From contig CAXXHA010000028.1 in NCBI GenBank assembly GCA_963662265.2, forward strand, positions 1 to 64,000: a stretch of 64,000 bases of DNA, read 5' to 3'. This DNA is from Spirochaetia bacterium. GTDB taxonomy: Bacteria; Spirochaetota; Spirochaetia; CADAEX01. Below the pieces are notes generated by a model. That model saw only the letters and a list, made by a program, of their open reading frames with translations. It had not been told where the DNA came from and did no database searches. Position 1 is the first letter of the stretch; every line of letters begins with the position of its first letter. The translations under genes and the position numbers were made by a program. Below, piece by piece: positions 39,352-50,130 of this stretch.

Positions 39352-40641
39352 TCAGGGACATTCAGATGTTTTCACCTTCTCTATCCTTGCACCAAGAGAA
39401 ACAAGTCTCCCGACAAGGTCTTCATAACCACGTTCTATCTGGTAAACATTCTTTATCTCGCTCTTTCCTTCAGCACACAGGGCTGCAATAACCATAGCCA
39501 TACCTGCCCTGATATCGGGAGAAACAAGTTCAGATCCCTTAAGCCTTGAAGGACCGGAGACAACAGCCCGGTGGGGATCACACAGAACAATCTTTGCACC
39601 CATGCCGATGAGTTTATCAACAAAAAACATCCTTGATTCAAACATCTTTTCATGAATAAGAATTGTCCCTTCAACCTGGGTTGCAACAACTGTCATTATA
39701 CTTGTAAGGTCAGGCGGGAATCCGGGCCAGGGGGCATCATCAATAGTGGGGATCTGCCCTCCAAGATCGGGAACAACCTTTAACGGCTGTCCGGGATTAA
39801 TTTTGATATTTTTCCCGTCGCTCTCCCAGTGGATTCCAAGCTTGTTGAAGCCGTTTCTTGTCATTCTCAAGTTTTCAGGATCAGCATCAATAATCTCAAG
39901 CTCGCCCCTTGTAACAGCAGCCAGCCCTATATATGAACCAACCTCGATAAAATCAGACCCTATCCTGAATTCAGTACCGGAAAGTTTTTTAACACCCTGT
40001 ATATTCAGGATATTTGATCCTATCCCGGTAATTTTAGCCCCCATGCTGTTAAGCATCCTGCACAGGTCCTGCACATGCGGTTCTGATGCCGCATTCTGGA
40101 TAACAGTGCTGCCTTCAGCAAGGACAGCAGCCATTACAGCATTCTCGGTAGCTGTAACAGAAGCTTCATCAAGAAAAAGATCCACCCCTGCAAGCTTGTT
40201 GGCAGAGACCCTGAATATCCCGTCGACATCAACCCTTGCTCCCAGTTCGGAAAAAGCAAGGAAATGGGTATCCAGCCTTCGCCGTCCTATAACATCACCG
40301 CCGGGAGGGGGGAATATAACCTTGCCTGTCCTGGCAAGAACAGATCCTGCAAAAAGAATTGAAGCTCTTACAGATTTCGCCTCTTCAACAGGAAGTTCAG
40401 ATGTTATATCACCTGTTTTTACTTCATACACACCGTTACTGATTTTTTTAACTGATGATCCGATTTTTTCAAGTATATCAAACATAACAGCAACATCCTG
40501 GATTTCAGGAACATTCTTCAGAACAACAGTCTCATCTGTCAGAAGAGTAGCTGCTATACATGGAAGTGCTGCATTCTTATTTCCGCTTGCTTTGATCTTC
40601 CCCTTAACAGGAAAAGAACCTTCAATAAAGTATTTGCACAT
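39352..40641 (-). CDS. murA: UDP-N-acetylglucosamine 1-carboxyvinyltransferase (Asp-type active site)
   Basis: [65 protein letters not shown]. Confidence 0.97.
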   Translation of the reverse strand: MCKYFIEGSFPVKGKIKASGNKNAALPCIAATLLTDETVVLKNVPEIQDVAVMFDILEKIGSSVKKISNGVYEVKTGDITSELPVEEAKSVRASILFAGSVLARTGKVIFPPPGGDVIGRRRLDTHFLAFSELGARVDVDGIFRVSANKLAGVDLFLDEASVTATENAVMAAVLAEGSTVIQNAASEPHVQDLCRMLNSMGAKITGIGSNILNIQGVKKLSGTEFRIGSDFIEVGSYIGLAAVTRGELEIIDADPENLRMTRNGFNKLGIHWESDGKNIKINPGQPLKVVPDLGGQIPTIDDAPWPGFPPDLTSIMTVVATQVEGTILIHEKMFESRMFFVDKLIGMGAKIVLCDPHRAVVSGPSRLKGSELVSPDIRAGMAMVIAALCAEGKSEIKNVYQIERGYEDLVGRLVSLGARIEKVKTSECP

Positions 40642-40718
40642 AGATGAAATCTACATTGTACAGTTGCAGTTGTCAATGTCAGTTTTAAAAGGCATTTCAG
40701 GTTTTATATCAATAACAA

Positions 40719-41954
40719 TCAGTTGATATGAAAAGAGAATCGCGGGGATGCAAATGGATTTGAATTCATATAGATTTTCACAAGATAAATTGCCTCTTCC
40801 CTGCTTTCACTGCTCACCCTTACATAGGTAGTGAAATTATAAATATTACGACGGTCAAACCGGAAAGGATTTTCAACAATTTCAGGAAAGACAAAATCAA
40901 TTTTACTGCCGTTTTTCATAAATACATTGATATCGGGAAACAGTTCACTTTCCTTTTTTACAGGATAGAAAATCTTTCTGATAATGTCCCTGCTTCCCAA
41001 ATTCCTCTCCCTAAGAGCTGTCAGTTTACCGGACGGAACAGAGTTTCTGAGAAAGGAATCAATATTTTTCGCTTCAAGTGTTTTTTCAGTATCTGCAAGA
41101 AATTCTTTCAGCCTTCGTATAACACTCAAAGAACCGGAAGATTCAAACGAACCGTTTTTGTATTCGAAAAGAGTTATAAAGGTATCATACCCCAGGCCTT
41201 CCTCAAAAAGGTTTTCATACCTGAGGATTTCTGTTTTACCGTCATTATCAATATCTTCAATTCTGTTGAATTCCGTGAGAGTGCTGTTCATGCTGAAAAC
41301 TGAATAATCACCGCTTGAGGATACAGTAATCAGGTTATCAGATAATCCCTCTTCTCCGGAAAATGAAACAACAACAGCTTTCTCTGATGAGTCAACAGAA
41401 AGTTTTACAACGGAAAATTCCCTGAAAACAGGGCGGTAACTTAGGGGAAGTATATCTTTCAGGACCAGGGAACTTTCTGAACCTGTATAAACAGCGGCAA
41501 GATACCTGTCAGCAAGAATTTCATCCTCATGACCTCTCCTTCCGGCAAGATAATCCTTCTCAGTCTCTTCTGATGATTCACCATACGAGTAAAGGATAAA
41601 ATATTCGGAAGGCCCTCTATTGTCGATATTTTCCTCAATATATTTGAGCCTTCCCTTTCTGTGAACAGGGTAAAAACGGGATTCCCTGTAAGTTATACCT
41701 GATTCAAGAAGCTTATCTGTATGGACATCAGTTAAAACAAATTTGTTTTCTGCGGTAACTGGCTCAGGATCTTCTTTTCCGGTCTCTTCCGACAGTATTT
41801 CCCTACCAGTTTCTGAAGAGGGAATATCCCTGATATACTGATCAGATTCGGCAACAGACGAATTACCGGATGTTTTACAGGAGCCAATGAGAAAAATTAT
41901 TAGAAATATCTGAATTAAAGTTTTTAACCTGAAATAAAAGGAATTCAATATCAT
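40719..41954 (-). CDS. Hypothetical lipoprotein
   Basis: Lipobox LIGS-C; DIDNDGKTEI Ca-binding-like (FG-GAP/VCBS) loop. Confidence 0.7.
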   Translation of the reverse strand: MILNSFYFRLKTLIQIFLIIFLIGSCKTSGNSSVAESDQYIRDIPSSETGREILSEETGKEDPEPVTAENKFVLTDVHTDKLLESGITYRESRFYPVHRKGRLKYIEENIDNRGPSEYFILYSYGESSEETEKDYLAGRRGHEDEILADRYLAAVYTGSESSLVLKDILPLSYRPVFREFSVVKLSVDSSEKAVVVSFSGEEGLSDNLITVSSSGDYSVFSMNSTLTEFNRIEDIDNDGKTEILRYENLFEEGLGYDTFITLFEYKNGSFESSGSLSVIRRLKEFLADTEKTLEAKNIDSFLRNSVPSGKLTALRERNLGSRDIIRKIFYPVKKESELFPDINVFMKNGSKIDFVFPEIVENPFRFDRRNIYNFTTYVRVSSESREEAIYLVKIYMNSNPFASPRFSFHIN

Positions 41955-42145
41955 AATCCTGAAATAAAATATACTGAATATATCTCTAAATGGGATTATA
42001 CAGTATAGAAAATAATTTGCCAGAACTTTTTTTAAATCAGATAAATTGTTTCATTCCTCCAATATTCATTTGAGGACAAAACCATAGAAAAAATATAAAT
42101 AACATGCTACAAATTACAGACAAATCATACACAGAGGGCATTAAA

Positions 42146-43528
42146 ATGAAAGTTATGAAATTCGGCGGAAGTTCAGTCCAGGATGCACAGCACATAAAGA
42201 ATGTATGTTCGATAGTACTTGAAGAGGCCGGAAAAGAAAAAACAGCAGTAGTTTTTTCTGCAATGAAGGGAATAACCAACCTTTTACTCGAATCAGCAGA
42301 TATTGCTTCAACAGGAAGCACGGAATATAAGGAAGCAATCGAAACGCTTTACAAAAGACAGGTTGAAGCAGTTAGCAGCCTGATGGAAGGGGAAGCGGCT
42401 GAAAAATGCCTTTCAGAAATCGATGAAATGGTTGAAGAACTCAAAAACATTCTGCACGGTGTAGAACTTGTAAAGGAATGTTCTCCCAGGAGCAAAGACC
42501 TTATTGTCAGCTTCGGAGAAAGGCTAAATAATTTTCTCATTACTTCATACCTTAACTCAACAGGGGCAAAAGCGGAATTTATAGATTCCAGAGATATTAT
42601 AAAGACAAACAGCCAGTACGGACGTGCTCAGGTTAAATATGATATTACCTATAAAAACATAAAGAAAAGAGTTTCCAAAGTTAAAGGAATAGCTGTAATT
42701 ACAGGATTTATCGCGTCTTCTGAAGACGGGGCAACAACAACACTAGGAAGAAACGGCTCAGACTTTACGGCTTCAATAATTGCTGCAGGAACAGGTTCAG
42801 ATCTCATTGAAATATGGACAGATGTAGACGGAGTCTTGAGTGCAGACCCCAGAATTGTGGGAAGTGCATTCGTAGTTCCTGAAATCAGCATTGAAGAGGC
42901 AATGGAGCTTTCATACTTCGGAGCGGAAGTTATCCACCCCTATACAATGATACCGGCAGTTGAGAAAAACATTCCAATATGCATAAAAAATACACTAAAT
43001 ACAAAAGCACCCGGTACATATATTGTGAAGAAACCGAAACCTCACAACAATCCTATTACAGGAATTGCAAGTATCAACAATGTTTCTCTTATTAATATCG
43101 AAGGGGGCGGAATGCTTGGAATACCGGGATTCGCTTCCAGGGTATTTGAAGTTCTTGCGAAGGCGGAAGTAAATGTAATAATGATTTCACAGGCATCAAG
43201 CGAACACACAATCTGCATAGTCTGCAGAGAGGATGATGCACTCAGGGCACTCGATGCAATGAAAAGCGAACTTCAGGATGAAATTACTTCCCGGAAAATA
43301 CAGAATTTTGATCTTGTTAAAAACCTTGAAATTGTTGCTATAATCGGTGAAAACATGAGAGGAACCCCGGGAATTGCAGGAAAGCTTTTCAGCACACTAG
43401 GTGAAAACGAGATAAACATCCTTGCAATTGCACAGGGATCATCAGAGAGAAATGTATCATTTGTAATCAGGAAGGATGAAACAGAAAAAGCTCTCAATGT
43501 GATACATAAATCATTTCTTGGCAAATAA
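42146..43528 (+). CDS. lysC: Aspartate kinase (monofunctional, two ACT domains)
   Basis: VMKFGGSSV, SFGE, TTLGRNGSDFTA, WTDVDGVLSADP, ELSYFGA.VIHP, SQASSE, QGSSE. Start at ATG 42146. Confidence 0.93.
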   Translation: MKVMKFGGSSVQDAQHIKNVCSIVLEEAGKEKTAVVFSAMKGITNLLLESADIASTGSTEYKEAIETLYKRQVEAVSSLMEGEAAEKCLSEIDEMVEELKNILHGVELVKECSPRSKDLIVSFGERLNNFLITSYLNSTGAKAEFIDSRDIIKTNSQYGRAQVKYDITYKNIKKRVSKVKGIAVITGFIASSEDGATTTLGRNGSDFTASIIAAGTGSDLIEIWTDVDGVLSADPRIVGSAFVVPEISIEEAMELSYFGAEVIHPYTMIPAVEKNIPICIKNTLNTKAPGTYIVKKPKPHNNPITGIASINNVSLINIEGGGMLGIPGFASRVFEVLAKAEVNVIMISQASSEHTICIVCREDDALRALDAMKSELQDEITSRKIQNFDLVKNLEIVAIIGENMRGTPGIAGKLFSTLGENEINILAIAQGSSERNVSFVIRKDETEKALNVIHKSFLGK

Positions 43529-43576
43529 AAGAGCCCGGTTGTATTATAATGACAGATACAACTTTTTTTTGTTAAG

Positions 43577-43602
43577 GCAAAGCAGATTTTTTTCTGCTTT
43601 GC
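43577..43602. terminator. Hairpin between lysC and thrC
   Basis: GCAAAGCAGA-tttttt-TCTGCTTTGC perfect 10-bp stem. Confidence 0.45.
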
Positions 43603-43719
43603 TGCAATTGACAGGCCGGACAGGGGATTTATCTCAAAGATTTCCGGAATGTCCGGTTACATAAATCATATTAAGAATTTTACAGAGATTATAAAACAGT
43701 TTAATTCAAGGAGTCTGTA

Positions 43720-45024
43720 ATGAAGTTTTCAAGTACAAGAAACAAGAACCACATAGTAAGTTTCAAAGAAGCAGTATTTCAGGGACTTTCACCGGAGGGA
43801 GGACTTTATAACCCTGTTGTAACTCCCGACCTTTCACTCCTTTTTCAGGGTATGGATAAAAACACATCATTTCTTGAGGCAGCTTCCCGCCTTACAGCAG
43901 AAATACTAAAGGAAGACCTGAGTGAGGAAAGAGCACGTGAAGTGTGTAAAAGAGCATTTCATTTCAAACCAGTACTCACAGACACAGGCAATGATATACA
44001 GATTATGGAGCTTTACCACGGCCCATCATGCGCTTTCAAGGATTTCGGCGCATCTTTCCTCGCATCATCTATGGAGGAATTCCTGAAAGGGGAAAGCAGG
44101 AAAGCTATAATCCTTACTGCAACATCAGGCGATACAGGAAGCGCAGTTGCACAGGCCTTCCATAAAAAAGAAAACATCGAAGTTGTAATTCTCTATCCTT
44201 CAGGAAGGGTAAGCCCTCTGCAGGAAAAACAGCTTACAACACTGGGTCATAATGTTACTGCACTCGAGGTAAAGGGATCATTCGATGACTGCCAGAGAAT
44301 GGTAAAAGAGGCATTTACAAGCGAAGACCTTAAGCATCTTCCGCTCACATCTGCAAACTCAATCAACCTCGGAAGACTCTTTCCCCAGTCATTCTACTAT
44401 GTTGATGCAGTCAACAAACTGAAAGAAGAATATAAAAACATAGTATTCTGCGTACCAAGCGGAAACTTCGGAAACCTTACAGCAGGTGTACTTGCTAACC
44501 AGTGGGGACTCCCTGTCAAGGAATTCATCGCAGCAACAAACCTCAACAAGGTAGTGCCTGAATACCTTGAATCAGGCATCTACAATGCAAGACCGTCAGA
44601 ACTTACATACTCCAATGCAATGGATGTTGGTAACCCGAGCAACTTCGAAAGGCTCAAAGATATTTTTGAAGGTGACTGCAGTAAGATGGGTGAAAGAATC
44701 AAGGGCGACTGGGTTGATGATGAGACAACACTTAAAGTAATAAATGAATATTACAATGATAAAGACAGTTTTATTGATCCCCATACAGCAGTAGCATATG
44801 AGGCATCAAGGAGATATAAGGCTGCAAATCCGGACAAGGATACAGTTGTTGTAAACCTTTCAACTGCACATCCCGGAAAATTCCTGGAAGTTGTTGAACA
44901 GGCAACAGGTGTAAGGCCGGAGCTTCCACAGCAGCTGAAAAAGATACTCAAGCTGGAAAAGGAGTCAGTTGTAATTGAAAACACAACTGAAGATTTAAAG
45001 ACATTTTTGATGAAGAGTTATTAA
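43720..45024 (+). CDS. thrC: Threonine synthase
   Basis: ELYHGPSCAFKDFG (PLP Lys), ATSGDTG, SANSIN, VPSGNFGN, DPHTA, STAHPGKF. Confidence 0.96.
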   Translation: MKFSSTRNKNHIVSFKEAVFQGLSPEGGLYNPVVTPDLSLLFQGMDKNTSFLEAASRLTAEILKEDLSEERAREVCKRAFHFKPVLTDTGNDIQIMELYHGPSCAFKDFGASFLASSMEEFLKGESRKAIILTATSGDTGSAVAQAFHKKENIEVVILYPSGRVSPLQEKQLTTLGHNVTALEVKGSFDDCQRMVKEAFTSEDLKHLPLTSANSINLGRLFPQSFYYVDAVNKLKEEYKNIVFCVPSGNFGNLTAGVLANQWGLPVKEFIAATNLNKVVPEYLESGIYNARPSELTYSNAMDVGNPSNFERLKDIFEGDCSKMGERIKGDWVDDETTLKVINEYYNDKDSFIDPHTAVAYEASRRYKAANPDKDTVVVNLSTAHPGKFLEVVEQATGVRPELPQQLKKILKLEKESVVIENTTEDLKTFLMKSY

Positions 45025-45039
45025 TTTTTAATATTACTG

Positions 45040-45078
45040 AAAAAAATCAGGAGCAGCCTGCCTGTTCCTGATTTTTTT
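45040..45078 (+). terminator. Intrinsic terminator of thrC
   Basis: A7-TCAGGAGCAG...CTGTTCCTGA-T7. Confidence 0.8.
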
Positions 45079-45457
45079 GTCTTAACCCCGGCAGGTGATG
45101 ATTTTATTTTTAAAGGAAACGGAATTGCAATATCTGTTACTGTTCTTTGTTTTATTATGATGTTTCCGAAAAAGCAATGAAAAACAGAGGCCTTTTTATG
45201 TAATAAAAGGTCAGTTCTTTACCCATAAACAATAGTCAAAAAACCTGATAATTCCTGTTTTCAGAAAAAACAAGCCCCTGAACTTTTCCAGGGGCCTTTT
45301 TTTACAGAACAAAATGCTTATTTAATGCGTTGTTTCAGATCTTTATATGTAATATGGTTATTACAATTTCAGATATAATAATTTATTTTACACATTACTG
45401 GTTCTGTAATATTTATTACAACAATCTATATTCAGTAAATTTCAAGAATAATTAAAA

Positions 45458-46144
45458 TCATGGAACCGAGATTGTCAGATCATACTTGTTGTCCTTGAAT
45501 CTGTCATCCAGGGCCTTTATATATGCATTAAAAGCATCTTCATCTGAAACATTTATTTTGTATTTAATCCTCTGCCTGTTTTTCGATGTCCTGTATTCAA
45601 TAAAAGAGCTCTTGAAATTTTTAAACCCCTCAATATCACGGAACAGCTCTTCAGATAAAGGTTCTTCCCCTTTAACCTCAAGTGTAAGAATATATTCATT
45701 CGATGTGGGGGGGGACATACCGAATTTAAGAAAATTAAGAACCAGCATAAGTGCCCCGACAAACAGGGTGATAAGAACAGCAACAGAATAAAAATCAAGG
45801 CCGGAAGCCATACCTACTACAATGGAAACAAAGATAAAAGACATATCAATATAGTTTCTTACAGCTGTCCTGAAACGAATAATTGAAACTGCCCCGACAA
45901 GACCAAATGCTATGGCAAGGTTGTTTCCAATAACCATCATTGCCCCGGCAAGGATTACTGAAATGAAAATCATTGAATGCATGATGACATGGCAGTCCTC
46001 TTTTTCCCTGTGGATAACTTTATATATAAGGGCAAGGATAAATGTCAGAACAAAGGCTGTAAACAGTCCAAGTACTGCATGAAAAAGTGTTAATTCCCCA
46101 GCAAGAGATATTTCATTTATATGTTTGGTTATTTCATTCTGCAT
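45458..46144 (-). CDS. DUF4956-family membrane protein (MgtC-like TM domain + ACT-like C-terminus)
   Basis: Signature MMVIGNNLAIAFGLVGAVSIIRFRTAV...F....VGMASG. Confidence 0.88.
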   Translation of the reverse strand: MQNEITKHINEISLAGELTLFHAVLGLFTAFVLTFILALIYKVIHREKEDCHVIMHSMIFISVILAGAMMVIGNNLAIAFGLVGAVSIIRFRTAVRNYIDMSFIFVSIVVGMASGLDFYSVAVLITLFVGALMLVLNFLKFGMSPPTSNEYILTLEVKGEEPLSEELFRDIEGFKNFKSSFIEYRTSKNRQRIKYKINVSDEDAFNAYIKALDDRFKDNKYDLTISVP

Positions 46145-46236
46145 ATATTAAACTCCGATTATTAAAGACCGCAATTATTTGTAAATTGACAGGCAATATC
46201 CTAATATAATTGTATAACCTATTGTAAGGCAAGAAA

Positions 46237-46739
46237 ATGAAAAATAAAATTATTTTGATTGTTTTAGTTATTATTTTTACAGGAATAAAAGGATACAGCA
46301 GCAGTTTTAACGAGGAACCCGATTTATCCGGAAGGCTTGGTATAACATTCTCATTTGACGACCTTCTCCATCCTCTTGAAACCTACACAGACAGCATACA
46401 GTCCGGCATTGGATTGGTTTATATTTATTCTCCCTTTATGCTTAAAGCTCTTGTTAATACAACACATATAGATTCTACAAAAGATCAGTTCGGAGGATCT
46501 GTTTTAGCCGCATACCGCTTTAAAAAAGCAGTTATTCACCATATACAGGATAAATAGCAGGTTTCGAAAATCTTGAAGGAAATAATGATTTAAAATATTA
46601 TGCAGGATTAAATCTCGGAATAAGCTATATTGCATGGAATTCAATATTTCTATCCGGAGAATATATGCTTTATGTAGTGAAAAATTTTGCCAGTTTTATG
46701 AGCTTTACATCAAATATCTCAGTAGGCTTTTTATTCTGA
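46237..46739 (+). pseudogene. Disrupted small outer-membrane beta-barrel protein
   Basis: Signal peptide followed by amphipathic strands. After a frameshift near 46535 it reads SPYTG*IAGF...YAGLNLGISY. After a second shift it ends FTSNISVGFLF* with a C-terminal Phe. Confidence 0.55.
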
Positions 46740-46877
46740 TAATAAATTTCAATATTTTAACAGAACATTCTGCGGCAGAATACAGAACTACTCATATAAA
46801 TAGATTTCCCGGTAAGTTATAATACAGAACATTTCATATTTAAAGACATTCAAATAAGTAATATAAAAGAATAAAAT

Positions 46878-48050
46878 CTAATGAAGCCAGGCTGGGATTT
46901 CGCTTTCTCTCTCATTAAGAAATATATCAATCAGTCCGCCGGAACTCATATCCTCTTCAAAAACATCATAACTGTAGTACCTGTTATTGTCATATTTAAC
47001 AGCGTTTTTTACTTCACTATAAAATTCGTCTTTCTTTGCTCTTATTTTATCTATAATCGGTTCAGAACCGACATTAGTAATTTCATCCTTAAAAATCTGT
47101 ATATATTTATCTTTAACAGGAGATCCGTCCATCAGAAGACGTCGCATCAGCATGTTGTCGCCTTTAAAGGAATCAGATGAAGAATCTACAGCACTCCCGT
47201 TGTAGTTACGCCTCATGTTTGCTTCATGATCCCACGGCAGAAGAGCATATTTGCCGTTGTAGACTACATTGAAGTTCTTTTGAGTTGTATCTGTAACAGA
47301 AAGGAAGCTGTGGACAAAAAGGTATTTTGCTGTCTCTTCTATAAGAAAATTGTTTTCAACAAAATCCAGCCACTGGCTGTCAGTCATGTTTTTTGCATAT
47401 GAGAGAAGACGGCTCAGACTGGAAAAATCATCATCTTCAATAATTTTCTTTTCAGAAAGATGATATATGGGAAAGTCACTCCCCATTTCCTCGAACTTAC
47501 ACTTAAACATTTCACATTTTCCAAATACAGTATTAAGCATATCAGCAGTATAAAGTTCTATCTTTGTATAGCACCCGATATAAACATCATTTATAAAAAG
47601 AGCAGTCCCCTCGGTTGAAGGTACAGACAGCCCCATGTACCGGTAAGCCTCAAAAGCAAGACGGTTTCTTGCCTGTGAAGGATCTTTATATGATGCATCG
47701 AGTGAATATTTTTTTTCATCTCCGTCACGTGTAAATTTAAGAGTAAATGATTTTTTCGGATATCCCCTTGATAAGTCGCCCCGGATTTTTATCCATGCAT
47801 CATATACATGCCCATCCTCCTTATAAGTGCAGTGGGCATAATCATGGTCAAAAAGAGAGTTATAAAGCTTGTTTTTTTCCTCTTCAGACAGATAAATTTT
47901 TATTTTTTTGATATTGCCGAGATCAGGCTGGTCAGGATCATCGAAGCCGATGAACTCGCCGCATGAAGTAAGTGAGAAACATATTAAACTGATAAAGACC
48001 GGCAGCAGGAGTCTTAAAAAGAAGCCAGGCCGGGAATTAAACAACATCAT
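46878..48050 (-). CDS. CotH-family kinase lipoprotein (copy 1)
   Basis: Lipobox LTS-C; IRGDLSR..PKKSFTLK, INDVYIGCY..IE, MFK, TDTTQKNF, LPWDHE. Confidence 0.85.
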   Translation of the reverse strand: MMLFNSRPGFFLRLLLPVFISLICFSLTSCGEFIGFDDPDQPDLGNIKKIKIYLSEEEKNKLYNSLFDHDYAHCTYKEDGHVYDAWIKIRGDLSRGYPKKSFTLKFTRDGDEKKYSLDASYKDPSQARNRLAFEAYRYMGLSVPSTEGTALFINDVYIGCYTKIELYTADMLNTVFGKCEMFKCKFEEMGSDFPIYHLSEKKIIEDDDFSSLSRLLSYAKNMTDSQWLDFVENNFLIEETAKYLFVHSFLSVTDTTQKNFNVVYNGKYALLPWDHEANMRRNYNGSAVDSSSDSFKGDNMLMRRLLMDGSPVKDKYIQIFKDEITNVGSEPIIDKIRAKKDEFYSEVKNAVKYDNNRYYSYDVFEEDMSSGGLIDIFLNERESEIPAWLH

Positions 48051-48180
48051 CTACAATATTTCTATGAATCTAATCAATAATATATTAATTTAATAAAGGA
48101 TTATCCATATTTATCCACAACTTATCAGGCTGAAAAAACCGGGATGAACAGAATCCGAAACATAAATAAATCCAGCAGTC

Positions 48181-48738
48181 TTAATAATCCTTTTCCACAA
48201 GCTCGCAGATGATATGATAAATCATAAGGTGCATCTCCTGCACCCTTGCTGTTGTTTCAATCTCAACTGTTATTGAAACATCGCACTTATCTTTCAGAAG
48301 ACCTCCGTCCCTGCCCAGGAATCCGATTGTCCGGCATCCTGCAGCAGACGCAGCATCAGCCGCCTCAATAACATTAGTACTGTTTCCCGATGTGGAAAAA
48401 CAGATTACAGCATCCCCTTCTTCGCCGAGCGCCTCGACCTGCCGTGAAAACACCTTATCATAACCGTAATCATTACCAACAGCAGTAAGAATTGAAGTAT
48501 CTGTAGAAAGAGCGATTGCAGGAAGCGCCTTCCTGTTTTTCTGGAAACGGCCCACAATTTCAGCAGCAAAATGCTGGCTGTCTGCAGCGCTTCCCCCGTT
48601 ACCCATAATAAGAAGTTTCTTCCCTTTATTCAGGGTATCTATAATTATATCTGCAATTTCCTTTATCTTTTCATTCTGGTTTTTAACCAGATCGAGAGCT
48701 TTCTGATGCTCATCTATAATTCTTTTTATATCTTCCAT
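48181..48738 (-). CDS. gmhA: D-sedoheptulose-7-phosphate isomerase
   Basis: [41 protein letters not shown]. Confidence 0.96.
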   Translation of the reverse strand: MEDIKRIIDEHQKALDLVKNQNEKIKEIADIIIDTLNKGKKLLIMGNGGSAADSQHFAAEIVGRFQKNRKALPAIALSTDTSILTAVGNDYGYDKVFSRQVEALGEEGDAVICFSTSGNSTNVIEAADAASAAGCRTIGFLGRDGGLLKDKCDVSITVEIETTARVQEMHLMIYHIICELVEKDY

Positions 48739-48965
48739 TTATACTTCCTGTTATATTTCTATAATTATCAGCACTCCGGATAATTATAGAAAAACACCGG
48801 CTTGAATCATTATGCTGTCATACCGGAATAAAATATTTCATTATTACAACTGCATTTTATCAGAATCATATATAAAAATATATATCTTTTCTATCTATGT
48901 GCGGAACTGCCTGTGATATCTGTCATTATTTTCTATTTACAGCATTATGATTTATAAGTACTATT

Positions 48966-49985
48966 TTGAGTATTATGACTGATAAAACTAAACTGCTTAT
49001 TTTAATTATACTGATTTTTTCCGCATCCATACTTCAGGCAGAAAACAACAACCTGCCTTTTGATCTTGATGCGCGTTTTTCCTTTTCAACAAATGATGAA
49101 ATTACATATTCAGACCAGTATCAGCTTAAAGCTGAACTTGAGTTTCAGTTTCCGGTAACTGAAGATTTTGAATGCGAACTTGAACTTGAAGCAGATAAGT
49201 ATGAAATAGATGTCGAAGAAGTATTCTTCCGGTTTAAGAGAGACGGATATGATATCCTTGCAGGAAAATATTCGAATACACTTCTTTTAAGTAATATTCT
49301 AAGCAGCAAAAAAAATCCGCTGGCATTCGGAAGCGCAACAGACAGGCTTCTCGTGGATATGAGCTATATCAATCATGCAATAGGCGCCGGAATAGAAGCA
49401 GATGAAGTTAATTATTTTTATTTCAATATTCAGTCAATAGAAGCCCAGTTTTTCGAGCCTCAGTTTAACGGCGGGTACCTGTATCAGTTTTCAAACAAGA
49501 TATGGGCAGGACTTACAGGATGCTATTTTCCTTTCTTTATAAAAGACAGCTATATCGGAGACTTTGATAATGTTGAAAATAATTTTCTGATAAATGCTGT
49601 TACCTACAAACATGAAGGTTTTCTTGTATATGGAAGCGAAGTAACATTCGGAAAAAATATTGAAGATCCGATAGGAATACTTAATTCCGGTGTAAATTCA
49701 GACAGGGAATATTTCCTGGGAGGTGACTTCTATGGAGGAGTAAGAGTCTATGCTGAAAAAACAGAGCTTATTCCTCTTTTAAGAACTTCCCTGCTGTTTC
49801 CTGATACAGAAGATTTAAAATGCAGCCTTATTGAGACAAGTTTCAACAGCAAGATAGGATTCAGTGAAAATGTAAGACTTGATTTTGCGGCAGGACTTCA
49901 GATTAAGACTGAGTATGATTATAAGGAGGACCTTATAACTTCACTCGACCCGCTGTGGAATATTGGGTTTAAGGTTTTTATATAA
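48966..49985 (+). CDS. Porin-like outer-membrane beta-barrel protein (copy 1)
   Basis: Signal peptide (ILQA-E), amphipathic strands and an aromatic C-terminal strand WNIGFKVFI; paralog of 51242-52267. Confidence 0.65.
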   Translation: MSIMTDKTKLLILIILIFSASILQAENNNLPFDLDARFSFSTNDEITYSDQYQLKAELEFQFPVTEDFECELELEADKYEIDVEEVFFRFKRDGYDILAGKYSNTLLLSNILSSKKNPLAFGSATDRLLVDMSYINHAIGAGIEADEVNYFYFNIQSIEAQFFEPQFNGGYLYQFSNKIWAGLTGCYFPFFIKDSYIGDFDNVENNFLINAVTYKHEGFLVYGSEVTFGKNIEDPIGILNSGVNSDREYFLGGDFYGGVRVYAEKTELIPLLRTSLLFPDTEDLKCSLIETSFNSKIGFSENVRLDFAAGLQIKTEYDYKEDLITSLDPLWNIGFKVFI

Positions 49986-50130
49986 TAAGAAGTCTTTTTC
50001 TTTACTTGAATTGTTAAGGAACACATCATTTGCTGTTAATTTCTTATAAACAGGCAGACTTATGTCTCTGAATTCTAATTATTAGATGATATTTCTGGTT
50101 CCTGTTTAATGCAAAAACAGATACTTATGT

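Noticed and set aside
39746-40726. 326-aa plus-strand ORF
   Set aside because: Antisense shadow of murA with no recognisable motifs.
41955-42145. Possible lysine riboswitch, T-box or thr attenuator upstream of lysC
   Set aside because: Short AT-rich divergent promoter region without the consensus elements or a Thr/Ile-rich leader peptide.
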